Shown here piece after piece: positions 63,753 to 64,000 of a stretch of 64,000 nt of DNA. Within the stretch, counting starts at the first letter, position 1. Each line of letters begins with the position of its first letter. Location of the stretch: positions 10,351-74,350 of IMG/VR virus record IMGVR_UViG_3300032086_002076, one strand, 5' to 3'. A model generated the notes under the pieces. It was not told where the DNA came from, searched no databases, and saw nothing but the letters and a program-made list of their open reading frames with translations. Origin of the DNA: a virus (taxonomy: Duplodnaviria > Heunggongvirae > Uroviricota > Caudoviricetes). The position numbers and the translations under genes were made by a program.

Positions 63753-64000
63753 AGCTGAAGCATCTGAAGTGTAAGTGTAAACTGTGTCGTTAACTACTAT
63801 TTGGTATTCTTGAGAATCTATTACCTGAGAGATAGTTGCTCTTAGAGATAGTGCTTTTGTAGAGTTAATACTGAAATTAGATTCTGGTCTGAACTCATCA
63901 CCTTTTAAAGAACTTATTCTTGTAGTAGTTGATATTTGTACACCATCATCACCAGTAAACCAAGCAAAACCTCTAGTTCTCTGAGAAGGAAACCTAATTA
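63753..64000 (-). CDS. 3' end of a minus-strand structural gene continuing beyond the window (partial)
   Basis: Reading frame open on the minus strand from 63753 to the window edge (a stop lies at 63750-63752). Codon usage resembles that of the neighbouring late genes. Confidence 0.3.

Noticed and set aside
63487-63774. 95-aa plus-strand ORF in the late structural block
   Set aside because: It is antisense to a region whose minus-strand frame stays open to the window edge. Its product is low-complexity (S/T/V-rich), as expected for a shadow ORF.
1-64000. Prophage/integration signals (integrase, att sites, host flanks)
   Set aside because: No integrase or recombinase motif and no host housekeeping genes were seen; the whole window looks like a lytic phage genome.

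Overview
The window is a slice of a large, low-GC (about 30%) tailed-phage genome (Caudoviricetes; gene content is T5-/T4-like) with three transcriptional blocks. (1) 16..14361 on the minus strand holds about 30 small 'early' genes. They are driven by repeated sigma70-like promoters (TTGACA-N17-TAtaaT) with near-identical 5'UTR/RBS cassettes. The block also contains a 1.5-kb non-coding region carrying seven same-oriented DnaA boxes plus iteron-like direct repeats, which is a candidate replication origin. It ends with a 720-aa GHKL-type ATPase. (2) 14777..56183 on the plus strand is a replication, nucleotide-metabolism and accessory block. It encodes an SLT lytic transglycosylase and two lipoproteins, an HNH endonuclease, a ribosomal bL12-CTD-like protein, and a vWA/TROVE-like (Ro60-like?) protein flanked by three copies of a conserved hairpin element and preceded by a tRNA-like non-coding stretch. 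It also encodes a macro-domain protein and an adjacent Prs-like plus Nampt-like pair (candidate NARP1-type NAD+ reconstitution anti-defence module). Further genes are a T4-gp1-like dNMP kinase, T7-gp4-like primase-helicase, SPFH protein, a tRNA cluster (tRNA-Arg TCT and several unresolved tRNA-like elements interleaved with duplicated small ORFs), and a CCA-adding-like nucleotidyltransferase. The replication core follows: family-A DNA polymerase, gp2.5-like SSB, HD hydrolase, FEN 5'-3' exonuclease, RuvC-like resolvase, DEDD exonuclease, class II (B12) ribonucleotide reductase, T4 DenV-like pyrimidine-dimer glycosylase, GNAT, HAD phosphatase and thymidylate synthase. (3) 56185..64000 on the minus strand is a late structural block with two large repeat-rich tail-fibre genes (one ending in an S74-type intramolecular chaperone domain) and baseplate/tail-associated genes. 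No integrase, CRISPR array or rRNA was seen. Functional calls rest on motifs recognised by eye, not on database searches.
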